Shown here piece by piece: positions 8,677 through 14,986 of a DNA stretch of 60,409 bases; within the stretch, counting starts at the first letter, position 1; every line of letters begins with the position of its first letter. The stretch is from IMG/VR virus record IMGVR_UViG_3300045988_116135, one strand, 5' to 3'. Position numbers and translations under genes: made by a program. The notes under the pieces were generated by a model. The model saw only the letters and a list, made by a program, of their open reading frames with translations, was not told the DNA's origin and did no database searches. Origin of the DNA: a virus.

Positions 8677-8901
8677 CTATAACGGTGTCGGTCGAGAAGG
8701 GTCGATAACCTCATTGTTTCGTTTTTGCTCTTTCCATTCCCTGAACTCTTTTAGTTCAAGAATGGAGTGGAAACCTCCTAGAACGAATGAATATACCATT
8801 GGGAGTTCTTGTATCGTATATCCTCCAGCCTTGCTTAAAAGAGACATCCTCAGTTTGATGTCTCTTTTTTCTCTTAGATAGTTTAAGATTTCTATTATCA
8901 T
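8677..8901 (-). CDS. Hypothetical protein (74 aa)
   Basis: ATG ORF. Confidence 0.5.
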   Translation of the reverse strand: MIIEILNYLREKRDIKLRMSLLSKAGGYTIQELPMVYSFVLGGFHSILELKEFREWKEQKRNNEVIDPSRPTPL

Positions 8902-8953
8902 GATTTAATCATTTTGGTCGCTCTTTTTTTAATGTAAAACAAATTGAAGTTTT

Positions 8954-9142
8954 TTAGAACCACGGGATATATCCCGGTGGCGTGTTGTCCTTGTCCTTGA
9001 ATCTTTTTAGATGCTCTTCCACGTTCAAACCCTCCCTTACGAGGATGATCGTGTTCTTGTCAACCCTTACGGGTATCCTCTTGAATTTAGGCTCCGGGAG
9101 TATATCCCCATTTGCCTTCGTGTTCGCTTTGATCGTTCTCAT
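8954..9142 (-). CDS. Hypothetical protein (62 aa)
   Basis: ATG ORF. Confidence 0.5.
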   Translation of the reverse strand: MRTIKANTKANGDILPEPKFKRIPVRVDKNTIILVREGLNVEEHLKRFKDKDNTPPGYIPWF

Positions 9143-9147
9143 ATAAG

Positions 9148-9300
9148 TTATCGTTTATAGTTGTCACAATACCGGAAGGAGTTCGCTACCCTCCCGGTGT
9201 TCAATATCTCGCACCATACGGCCAGACCCTTGTGAGGCTTGCCGTGCACGCAATCGGCGCATCTGATACGCTCGGGTTGCTTGGTAGGTTTCTTAGCCAT
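9148..9300 (-). CDS. Small zinc-ribbon-like protein (50 aa)
   Basis: Hand-translated as MAKKPTKQPERIRCADCVHGKPHKGLAVWCEILNTGRVANSFRYCDNYKR. It overlaps the VRR-NUC stop by 8 nt. Confidence 0.45.
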   Translation of the reverse strand: MAKKPTKQPERIRCADCVHGKPHKGLAVWCEILNTGRVANSFRYCDNYKR

Positions 9301-9643
9301 TCAAGTAGTCTTTTATAAGCGTGATGAAATCGTCCAGCGATCGGCATATCTCATATCTGTACCCTTGAGCCTCTACCGCCTTCTGGAATGCCTTCTGGCT
9401 GTCCTGTTGCCGGCCTTTTCTTGTCTTCATTTCCACGTACAGACCGTGATGGACGTTATTCGGGACTGACAGGAACAGATCGGCGACCCCGGCCAATGCC
9501 CCTTCCGCTTTCAGTATAGCCCCGGTTACCGTGTCCCTCCGTCCTCCGTTCGGGACGCTAAAGAAGCATCCTGCGTATCTCGGGTATTGGAGACGGAAGT
9601 ATCTGACGCAAGCTTGCTGGGTCTGTGATTCGATGTTCCTCAT
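9293..9643 (-). CDS. VRR-NUC domain nuclease
   Basis: QQACVRYF..VPNGG..GVADLFL..GLYVEMKTRKGRQQDSQ, a PD-(D/E)xK pattern typical of VRR-NUC. Confidence 0.8.
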   Translation of the reverse strand: MRNIESQTQQACVRYFRLQYPRYAGCFFSVPNGGRRDTVTGAILKAEGALAGVADLFLSVPNNVHHGLYVEMKTRKGRQQDSQKAFQKAVEAQGYRYEICRSLDDFITLIKDYLNG

Positions 9644-9753
9644 TTGTACTTGTCGTCCATCAAGATTAATACAATAAAAATTATCGCTAGGATAGCGAAT
9701 ATGAACGTTATCACCCCGAAGGATAATAACAGGCTTTGAAAAATGTCACTCAT
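9640..9753 (-). CDS. Small single-TM protein (37 aa)
   Basis: Hand-translated as MSDIFQSLLLSFGVITFIFAILAIIFIVLILMDDKYK. ATGA overlap with the VRR-NUC start. Confidence 0.4.
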   Translation of the reverse strand: MSDIFQSLLLSFGVITFIFAILAIIFIVLILMDDKYK

Positions 9754-9826
9754 AATCGTAATTGTCAAAATCGTCCGGATCGTAATCCGGAATGTCGTTA
9801 CCGAAATCCATGTTGTTATTTGTTGT

Positions 9827-9911
9827 TGGTGGGAGGTGACGGAGTCGAACCGCCCTTAATCGTATTGATTGGGTGCGCACCTCTAATCACTTACCGATGT
9901 GATAACCTCCC
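9827..9911 (-). tRNA. tRNA-like gene with encoded CCA but an aberrant anticodon arm (possible pseudo-tRNA or non-decoding tRNA mimic)
   Basis: GGGAGGT TA TCAC ATCGGTAA GTGA T TAGAG GTGCGCA CCCAA .. AATC AATAC GATT .. GGCGG TTCGACT CCGTC ACCTCCC A CCA. The acceptor, D and T arms are canonical; the anticodon stem pairs at only 3/5 positions. Confidence 0.5.
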
Positions 9912-9916
9912 GAGCT

Positions 9917-9942
9917 CCCCGCAATCCTCACGGACGGCGGGG
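9917..9942 (-). ncRNA. Conserved-loop hairpin, copy 1 (CCCCGC-CG-TCC-GTGA-GGA-TT-GCGGGG)
   Basis: Lies 6 nt upstream of the tRNA-like gene. Same inner module as 14111..14139, with a different but complementary outer stem. Confidence 0.45.
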
Positions 9943-9992
9943 ATAATCATTAACTAACCCAAATCAAATACTATGGAAAACTCACTCTAATA

Positions 9993-10622
9993 TTAATTAG
10001 CTTCTTGATTTAACGCCTCATTGTATAAAGGCATGATTAATCCGATACTGCTTACGTCTTCTACCATGCTGTCAAAAATGATGGCATCGTTAACGCCCTT
10101 GAAAGTAGCCGTGCATCGATCGCATTCATATAAAGCTTTCCTCATTATGTCGAATAAGCCCATGTTAAAGGATATTTGAGGAAGCGGAACGCTGGGTTTT
10201 GCCAGATGATTTTGTATCACTTTCTCTGCGTCTGGATATTTTAAGTTCTCATCCGCGAAATAGAAGAACGCCTTGTCATTCTTCTTATGGCACTCTATTC
10301 CGTCATCAGAGATAAGGATGTCATCATATTTCAACATGTCCTTAAAAAATAGACTATGCAGCAATTTGCCGTCTAACGCCTGTATCATGGCTTCGTCAAG
10401 GTTTGAGCATTCGGATATCCTGTTTTTAACGATAATATATCCGTCACTGGCGTAGGCCCAATCTCCCTTGAAATATACGCATTCCATAGCGGGACGGTTA
10501 TCGTCCTTTGCGCAAGCCAAAAACATTTGTACGTTCTTGTCAAAGTTGTAAGAACCTTCTTTTCTCTTTCCCATATCATTAATATTTAATATTATATTTT
10601 CTTCTTTCGTATTGTGGGACAT
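9993..10622 (-). CDS. Hypothetical protein; start uncertain (ATG at 10622 or 10574; track start 10649 is TTG)
   Basis: Long ORF with no motif recognised. Confidence 0.55.
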   Translation of the reverse strand: MSHNTKEENIILNINDMGKRKEGSYNFDKNVQMFLACAKDDNRPAMECVYFKGDWAYASDGYIIVKNRISECSNLDEAMIQALDGKLLHSLFFKDMLKYDDILISDDGIECHKKNDKAFFYFADENLKYPDAEKVIQNHLAKPSVPLPQISFNMGLFDIMRKALYECDRCTATFKGVNDAIIFDSMVEDVSSIGLIMPLYNEALNQEAN

Positions 10623-10779
10623 ACCCTTTGCAAGGAGTATTCCCGTCAAGTAAGGCCGATTCCGGCCTCACAGTTTCCCCTTCTTTTTTAGACGGGTCTG
10701 TCCAATGCCTCTGCCGTTGATGACAGAGGCAATGCTTTTTAGAGCAAGCCTCATTGAGGCAGTATTTAAAATCTCTCAT
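10579..10779 (-). CDS. Possible small Cys/His-rich protein (66 aa from the internal ATG)
   Basis: MRDFKYCLNEACSKKHCLCHQ... The longer 93-aa version overlaps its neighbour heavily. Confidence 0.3.
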   Translation of the reverse strand: MRDFKYCLNEACSKKHCLCHQRQRHWTDPSKKEGETVRPESALLDGNTPCKGYVPQYERRKYNIKY

Positions 10780-10939
10780 TATCGTATCTCTTATAGGTTT
10801 CCAGCTTCTTGACCTCCTTTTTAAGGAGTCTGGCCGCATCCTTGTATCTGACGCTGCCATAAGAAGCGGTAATAATAATGTTGGTATGCCTCACGATCTT
10901 GTCGATCAGGTAATTTGGAGGCCTGTCGCTTTTTCTCAT
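10766..10939 (-). CDS. Small hypothetical protein (57 aa)
   Basis: ATG lies 3 nt after the stop of the DUF1367-like gene: MRKSDRPPNYLIDKIVRH... Confidence 0.4.
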   Translation of the reverse strand: MRKSDRPPNYLIDKIVRHTNIIITASYGSVRYKDAARLLKKEVKKLETYKRYDNERF

Positions 10940-10941
10940 GA

Positions 10942-11376
10942 CTAAAAATTCGAAAGGTTTCTCATGAAATCGTATTCTGATATACCCCGAAGGAATATCG
11001 AGAAAAGCACGTCCTTCACACGCTCGTAGAGATCCATGAACTCGGCCTCGTCCATCTTGTCGAAGGCTATCGACTTCGGGATCTCTATCCATTCCTTACG
11101 TGATATGCTATAGGCCGTATCGCAATGCCCGGCGGCGATCTCTACGGTCTTCCGGAAGCACTCCACGCTCTCCTTGAAATGCGCCGTGGTCTTCTCGTTC
11201 TGGTAAGACCATGCGCAATTTATCAAGGCGAAATACTTCTTTAGGAAGTCGTAGTTCCGTGCCAGCGTTATCTTGGCCTTGTAGATCTTACCTAGCTTGA
11301 GTTTTTTCTTCTCGTCATAGTCGGAATCATAGCATGGCCTCAATCCGCTGGCGGTGTTGAGCAAGTATAGTTCCAT
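10942..11376 (-). CDS. DUF1367-like phage protein
   Basis: ARNYDFLKKYFALIN .. KSIAFDKMDEAEFMDLYERV matches the RNY.FHKKFFAL / KSISFAKMDE pattern of DUF1367 (recalled from memory). Confidence 0.6.
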   Translation of the reverse strand: MELYLLNTASGLRPCYDSDYDEKKKLKLGKIYKAKITLARNYDFLKKYFALINCAWSYQNEKTTAHFKESVECFRKTVEIAAGHCDTAYSISRKEWIEIPKSIAFDKMDEAEFMDLYERVKDVLFSIFLRGISEYDFMRNLSNF

Positions 11377-11378
11377 GA

Positions 11379-11684
11379 TTAAAAGGGGAGATCCGAATCA
11401 TCGACCGATGGGGCGTTGTTGATATCCTCCGGCGAGGGGATGTTGCTCTTGAACGTGGATTCCATCAAGTCACCTATGCCATAATAAACGCCTTCCTTTC
11501 GCTCCTCTTTCCTTGGGGCGCAAGACACATAATGCGTATAGGTGCGGTTGTCGAACGTGACAGGCTCTTTTTTCTCCCCGATCGAGATATTGAGGAAGAT
11601 CTTCTCTCCCTTGGCCGTCATTACTTTTTTCATCAACTCCTTCGGTATGTCGCTCAAGCATATTGAGCCGTATAAATTTGCCAT
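11379..11684 (-). CDS. Putative non-canonical ssDNA-binding protein
   Basis: The C-terminal acidic tail DDSDLPF resembles the SSB tip D-D-D-(I/L)-P-F. It sits next to Erf. Confidence 0.45.
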   Translation of the reverse strand: MANLYGSICLSDIPKELMKKVMTAKGEKIFLNISIGEKKEPVTFDNRTYTHYVSCAPRKEERKEGVYYGIGDLMESTFKSNIPSPEDINNAPSVDDSDLPF

Positions 11685-11686
11685 AT

Positions 11687-12166
11687 TTATTGTTTATTAA
11701 AAGTTATAGAGTAACTGGTTTTTGCCATCCGTATCGCCGGATGGATCGTGTATATCTCCCCGGTCTCGTCATCAACGACCGTGGTATTGTCCGGTACCGT
11801 CTTCAGGAACGCCTCCCGTTCTTTTATCTTGGCATCGAGAATCGTCCTTTCCTCGATCAGCCTAGCGTAGACCGGGTCATTGCAATTGGAGTGGTCGTAG
11901 GATACGCCTACCTCTTTTATCTTGACCGTGGCCCCGTTCCAAGAGCGCTCCTTCCCGTATTTCTCGATCTCGGAAAGGACAGCGTCTTTCATTCGGTCAT
12001 CGTCCAGCGTCCTCTTGATGGTCTCTTGCATCGCCTTTAACTTGACGACGTGTGATACGGGATCTACCTCACCTTCCAGTACCGGGTTCAAAAGGTCTAT
12101 GGATAAAGCCTCGATCTCGCTTTTCGTTAGCGGGGTCTTGCCGCTTAGCTCTAGTTCTTTGCTCAT
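11687..12166 (-). CDS. Hypothetical protein (159 aa)
   Basis: ATG ORF with a 4-nt overlap with erf. Confidence 0.6.
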   Translation of the reverse strand: MSKELELSGKTPLTKSEIEALSIDLLNPVLEGEVDPVSHVVKLKAMQETIKRTLDDDRMKDAVLSEIEKYGKERSWNGATVKIKEVGVSYDHSNCNDPVYARLIEERTILDAKIKEREAFLKTVPDNTTVVDDETGEIYTIHPAIRMAKTSYSITFNKQ

Positions 12167-12837
12167 GACAGGTTATTGTTTATTTTATAGTTGTTGTATA
12201 TCTCTACGAAAGAATCCATCTCTACCTTTCCTATAATGTAAGCATTGCTGATAACGCTTTCTACGGAGAATGGTTGGTTGGACTCCTTGGCTATCTTCTC
12301 TTTATTGTATAGCCACTCCGATATGGATTTCATTGCGATCTCATTGTTTAGATGATCTCTCGTAAGCTCTTTCTTTACTTTGGAGTTTGCCGTTTTTTTA
12401 GGCAGCTCCTTAGGCTGCTCCTTTTGGGCGGTATTACTGCTCGCTATGTTAGCGTCCTCGTCATCGTCAGCCACGATGCCTAGGATGGCGCAAAAGGCGT
12501 ATCTCTTGGCGTACGTGATGGCCGATCCTATGGATTGAGCGTCCGCCGTATTGGATGGCATCCTTACCTTGGACGATATCCATTGACCGGAGGAATGAAG
12601 CAGTATGGTCCGGATAGAGTAATCATCCTCTATTAGCTGACATACTGAAAGTTCATTGTCGGCTAATGGCTGTTTCGCCGCCCTTTTGCATTCGGATAGG
12701 TCCGCATACTTAAACTTGTATTCTCCTCCCGTTTTAGTCCTTACCTTGACCTCGGAATTGAGGCTTGGTTGCTCTAGCGATCCTTGGAACTTGGCCAACG
12801 CTATCGCTAATTTGTCAATCTCTTCTGATTTCTCCAT
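12163..12837 (-). CDS. erf: Erf-family single-strand annealing recombinase
   Basis: KFKYADLSEC .. LLHSSGQW .. AQSIGSAITYAKRYAFCAILGIVADDDED, the typical ERF core. Confidence 0.8.
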   Translation of the reverse strand: MEKSEEIDKLAIALAKFQGSLEQPSLNSEVKVRTKTGGEYKFKYADLSECKRAAKQPLADNELSVCQLIEDDYSIRTILLHSSGQWISSKVRMPSNTADAQSIGSAITYAKRYAFCAILGIVADDDEDANIASSNTAQKEQPKELPKKTANSKVKKELTRDHLNNEIAMKSISEWLYNKEKIAKESNQPFSVESVISNAYIIGKVEMDSFVEIYNNYKINNNLS

Positions 12838-12857
12838 GTTATCGTGTATTTAAATTC

Positions 12858-13014
12858 GTCAGCCTCCGGGAGTCGAACCCGGACTAAGACCATCGGCCGC
12901 CCTTCCCTCACTACCGTGTCCCTTTCCACCGGGCCAATGATATCGTCATGGCCTACCACTTGTCTAGGATATCGGTTGCCGGTCTGGGTCGGGGTTGCAC
13001 CTCGTAAGGGCGGG
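12858..13014 (-). ncRNA. Structured non-coding element ending in a tRNA-type T arm
   Basis: The 3' part reads CCGGG-TTCGACT-CCCGG-AGGCTGA. An 8-bp long-range pairing joins CCGCCCTT (13013-13006) with AAGGGCGG (12904-12897). No canonical acceptor or anticodon arm was found. Confidence 0.35.
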
Positions 13015-13017
13015 ATG

Positions 13018-13149
13018 TTACCAATTATATGAATCACATAGGAACCTAAGCTCTTCCATGCTCTCCTCATATTCCTCGTTGTCTTCCTCCCCGTCGTACT
13101 CGTAATCTCCGTCGGGGTCTTTGATGTAGATGTCTCTCATGAGCTCCAT
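13018..13149 (-). CDS. Small acidic protein (43 aa)
   Basis: Hand-translated as MELMRDIYIKDPDGDYEYDGEEDNEEYEESMEELRFLCDSYNW. Confidence 0.35.
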   Translation of the reverse strand: MELMRDIYIKDPDGDYEYDGEEDNEEYEESMEELRFLCDSYNW

Positions 13150-13164
13150 CGATAAGCAAGGAAT

Positions 13165-13704
13165 TTATTCGATCTCGATAATCTTGAATTTTCCTTTCTT
13201 TATATATATCTTATGATTGTAGTAGTCTTTGACTATTCCATGATCGGAAACTGAGTTTATGTTCTTTGTGCAATCCTCAACATATGAGTTATCGTAAGCC
13301 TCGACCGTGGCAGAGCCGTAAGCCTTGACCGTGGCAGAGTCGTAAGCCTCGACCGTGGCAGAGTCGTAAGCCTCGACCGTGGCAGAGCCGCAAGCCTCGA
13401 CCGTGGCAGAGCCGTAAGCCTTGACCGTGGCAGAGCCGCAAGCAAATGATTTAGCATTAGAGGTGTGTTCTTTTCTTGTGTAAATGCCAGCTTCGGTTAA
13501 TTCCTCCTCAGTAAAGTTTTTTTCTAGGTAATTTGCGTCAATCATCTTGGACGTACTCAAGACCCAATACCAATTATCGGTTATCGCTTTCAGCAAGTCT
13601 TGTTTGCTTTTGGCGTTTAATCCCATCCTGTATCCATCTTGGCAAGCGTGATGTTTTTTAGCCCGTTCAAGCAGATCTTCTTTTAATTCTTCGAATGTCT
13701 TCAT
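13165..13704 (-). CDS. Repeat-containing protein (8-aa SATVEAYG-type tandem repeats)
   Basis: GSATVKAYGSATVEACGSATVEAYDSATVEAYDSATVKAYGSATVEAYD. Confidence 0.7.
   Translation of the reverse strand: MKTFEELKEDLLERAKKHHACQDGYRMGLNAKSKQDLLKAITDNWYWVLSTSKMIDANYLEKNFTEEELTEAGIYTRKEHTSNAKSFACGSATVKAYGSATVEACGSATVEAYDSATVEAYDSATVKAYGSATVEAYDNSYVEDCTKNINSVSDHGIVKDYYNHKIYIKKGKFKIIEIE
13293..13443. repeat. 24-bp tandem repeat, 6.3 copies, in frame within the CDS
   Basis: CGTAAGCCTCGACCGTGGCAGAGC units with 0-2 substitutions per copy. Confidence 0.95.
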
Positions 13705-13865
13705 TTTTTATCGTTTATTAGTTTAATGATATCTTTTCTTATCTCTATCAATTCTTCCTTGCTAAGAGAATTTAGCTCGTCTAGGATATCGTCCTTCTTG
13801 GATCGGTTAGGCCTTGAAGGGGCTTGCACCACGTATATCACCCCGAAATCATTTTTCTGACTCAT
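13701..13865 (-). CDS. Small hypothetical protein (54 aa)
   Basis: Hand-translated as MSQKNDFGVIYVVQAPSRPNRSKKDDILDELNSLSKEELIEIRKDIIKLINDKK. ATGA overlap with the next gene. Confidence 0.4.
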   Translation of the reverse strand: MSQKNDFGVIYVVQAPSRPNRSKKDDILDELNSLSKEELIEIRKDIIKLINDKK

Positions 13866-14079
13866 AAGTCATTATAACTATTTGGTGTACCACAATAAAG
13901 ATTGATATGATCGCTAGGATCAAGAGGTGAATATTGAGAGGTTTTTCGTACCACTCAAATATTGACACTATTGATATCAGCCCTAATATGGTAGCTGCGA
14001 TCATCCTTAGCGAGAAGATGATAATGCTCTTTATGGCCCGGAATATCTTCCAGAACCATGCTTGTTTTCTCTTTATCAT
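13849..14079 (-). CDS. Small membrane protein (2 TM)
   Basis: Hydrophobic segments IIIFSLRMIAATILGLISIVSIF and IHLLILAIISIFIVV. Confidence 0.55.
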   Translation of the reverse strand: MIKRKQAWFWKIFRAIKSIIIFSLRMIAATILGLISIVSIFEWYEKPLNIHLLILAIISIFIVVHQIVIMTYESEK

Positions 14080-14110
14080 ATGTTGTTGATTTAAATTTCT
14101 TGATGTGAAA

Positions 14111-14139
14111 AGGCCTCATATCCTCACGGACGGAGACCT
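14111..14139 (-). ncRNA. Conserved-loop hairpin, copy 2 (AGGTCTC-CG-TCC-GTGA-GGA-TAT-GAGGCCT)
   Basis: Same inner CG-TCC-GTGA-GGA-T(A)T module as copy 1, with a fully different complementary outer stem. Followed by TTT. Confidence 0.45.
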
Positions 14140-14193
14140 GCGTTGCACTTTAGTGAAATAATTGATTGAATAGCATCCGCTAGGGATGAAGCG

Positions 14194-14267
14194 TGCTCCC
14201 TGCCGGGCTTGAACCGGCGACCCTAACATTATGAGTGTTGCGCTCTAACCAACTGAGCTAAGGGAGC
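14194..14267 (-). tRNA. tRNA-Met(CAU): tRNA-Met (anticodon CAU; could be Ile2 if lysidinylated)
   Basis: GCTCCCT TA GCTC AGTTGGTTA GAGC G CAACA CTCATAA TGTTA GGGTC GCCGG TTCAAGC CCGGC AGGGAGC A. No encoded CCA. Confidence 0.9.
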
Positions 14268-14310
14268 GTTTGCCGGGGAATCCCACCCCGGCACAGTTTA
14301 AGTAAAAACT

Positions 14311-14341
14311 AATATTCCTTCCTGCCTCACGGCGGTATATT
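14311..14341 (-). ncRNA. Related hairpin (AATAT..GCC-GTGA-GGC..ATATT) in the tRNA spacer
   Basis: The apical 3-bp stem covaries (GCC/GGC versus TCC/GGA) around the same GTGA tetraloop. Confidence 0.3.
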
Positions 14342-14389
14342 AAGGTCTTGGTTGTGAAGTGTATAATAATTAGCAATGTGATTTAAGCG

Positions 14390-14518
14390 TGGTAGCCGGG
14401 GAACTCGAACCCCCTGTAACCCTGAATAATAATATAACTGGATAACCGGATTCTCACCGGACGCAAGCCTTTGTCTTACGGATATTGATATAATATGAAT
14501 TTATTATGGTTCGCTACC
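14390..14518 (-). ncRNA. tRNA-like 3' module (T arm plus GGCTACC-A) with a distant candidate 5' acceptor strand
   Basis: GGGGG-TTCGAGT-TCCCC-GGCTACC-A. The only candidate 5' strand, GGTAGCG, lies 120 nt upstream. Internal hairpin CCGG-TGAGAAT-CCGG. Confidence 0.3.
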
Positions 14519-14578
14519 TTCCCTAGGTAATTCCTAGGGTGGAATCCTTCTTTCTTTCATAAGATTAAATTTGGTTTA

Positions 14579-14842
14579 TCAGTTATTCTTTCGTCTTCCG
14601 AAGTTTTCTTTAAGCAGTTTCTCCACCTTTGACTTTGAGGTATCATCAATATTCGTTTTTTCTTTTTTAGAAGGATAAAAAAGAAATATAAATGCTATAA
14701 CTAATAGCATGATATGAAATAGACAGTACAACCACAATGGCGAGGTTATTACCCACCAACTGCAATTGATATAATTTAAAACCTTTAAGATGCTAGCCAC
14801 TAACATGGCCAGCAATGTAAATGATATAAATATGTATCTCAT
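14579..14842 (-). CDS. Small membrane protein (87 aa from the first ATG; track start 14875 is TTG)
   Basis: Hydrophobic segments FISFTLLAMLVASILKVL, WWVITSPLWLYCLF and LLVIAFIFLFY. Confidence 0.55.
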   Translation of the reverse strand: MRYIFISFTLLAMLVASILKVLNYINCSWWVITSPLWLYCLFHIMLLVIAFIFLFYPSKKEKTNIDDTSKSKVEKLLKENFGRRKNN

Positions 14843-14866
14843 ACTAATGTTGTTTATAGATTTGAT

Positions 14867-14914
14867 CCCCCACAACCTCCAACGGTTTCGAACCCGAATG
14901 ATAACGGGTGGGAG
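14867..14914. repeat. Hairpin element copy A with a 28-nt core identical to copy B
   Basis: Core ACAACCTCCAACGGTTTCGAACCCGAAT at 14872-14899, flanked by CCCAC/GTGGG. Confidence 0.85.
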
Positions 14915-14935
14915 AATTTTTATTATAAGTAGATT

Positions 14936-14981
14936 CTTCCGGCTTATGCGTCACAGGTGCGATAAGACCATAAGCCGGAAG
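14936..14981. other. 13-bp perfect inverted repeat (CTTCCGGCTTATG / CATAAGCCGGAAG) with a 20-nt loop
   Basis: Lies directly after the stop of 14987..15271. No T-run on either side, so it is not a canonical terminator. Confidence 0.5.
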
Positions 14982-14986
14982 ACTTG

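Noticed and set aside
9736-9957. ORFs overlapping the tRNA-like and non-coding elements (9736..9957, 12807..13070, 12844..13032, 38512..38718, 38552..38737, 15971..16153)
   Set aside because: They cover sequences better explained as RNA elements or spacers. They are on the wrong strand or have junk-like translations.
10579-10860. The full 93-aa and 108-aa overlapping ORFs (10579..10860 and 10766..11092)
   Set aside because: They overlap each other and the DUF1367-like gene extensively. Shorter versions from internal ATGs (10779 and 10939) tile without large overlaps, so those are reported instead, at low confidence.
12858-13014. Calling the 12.9-kb and 14.4-kb T-arm elements complete canonical tRNAs
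   Set aside because: I could not find a complementary 5' acceptor strand at tRNA distance or a 5-7-5 anticodon arm. They are reported only as tRNA-like ncRNA candidates.
13293-13443. Regular 24-bp repeat array that might be taken for a CRISPR array
   Set aside because: The units are contiguous with no spacers. They lie in frame inside a protein-coding ORF and encode an 8-aa peptide repeat.
14936-14981. The 13-bp perfect inverted repeat as a standard rho-independent terminator
   Set aside because: The loop is 20 nt and there is no T-run on either strand. It is kept only as an unexplained inverted repeat.
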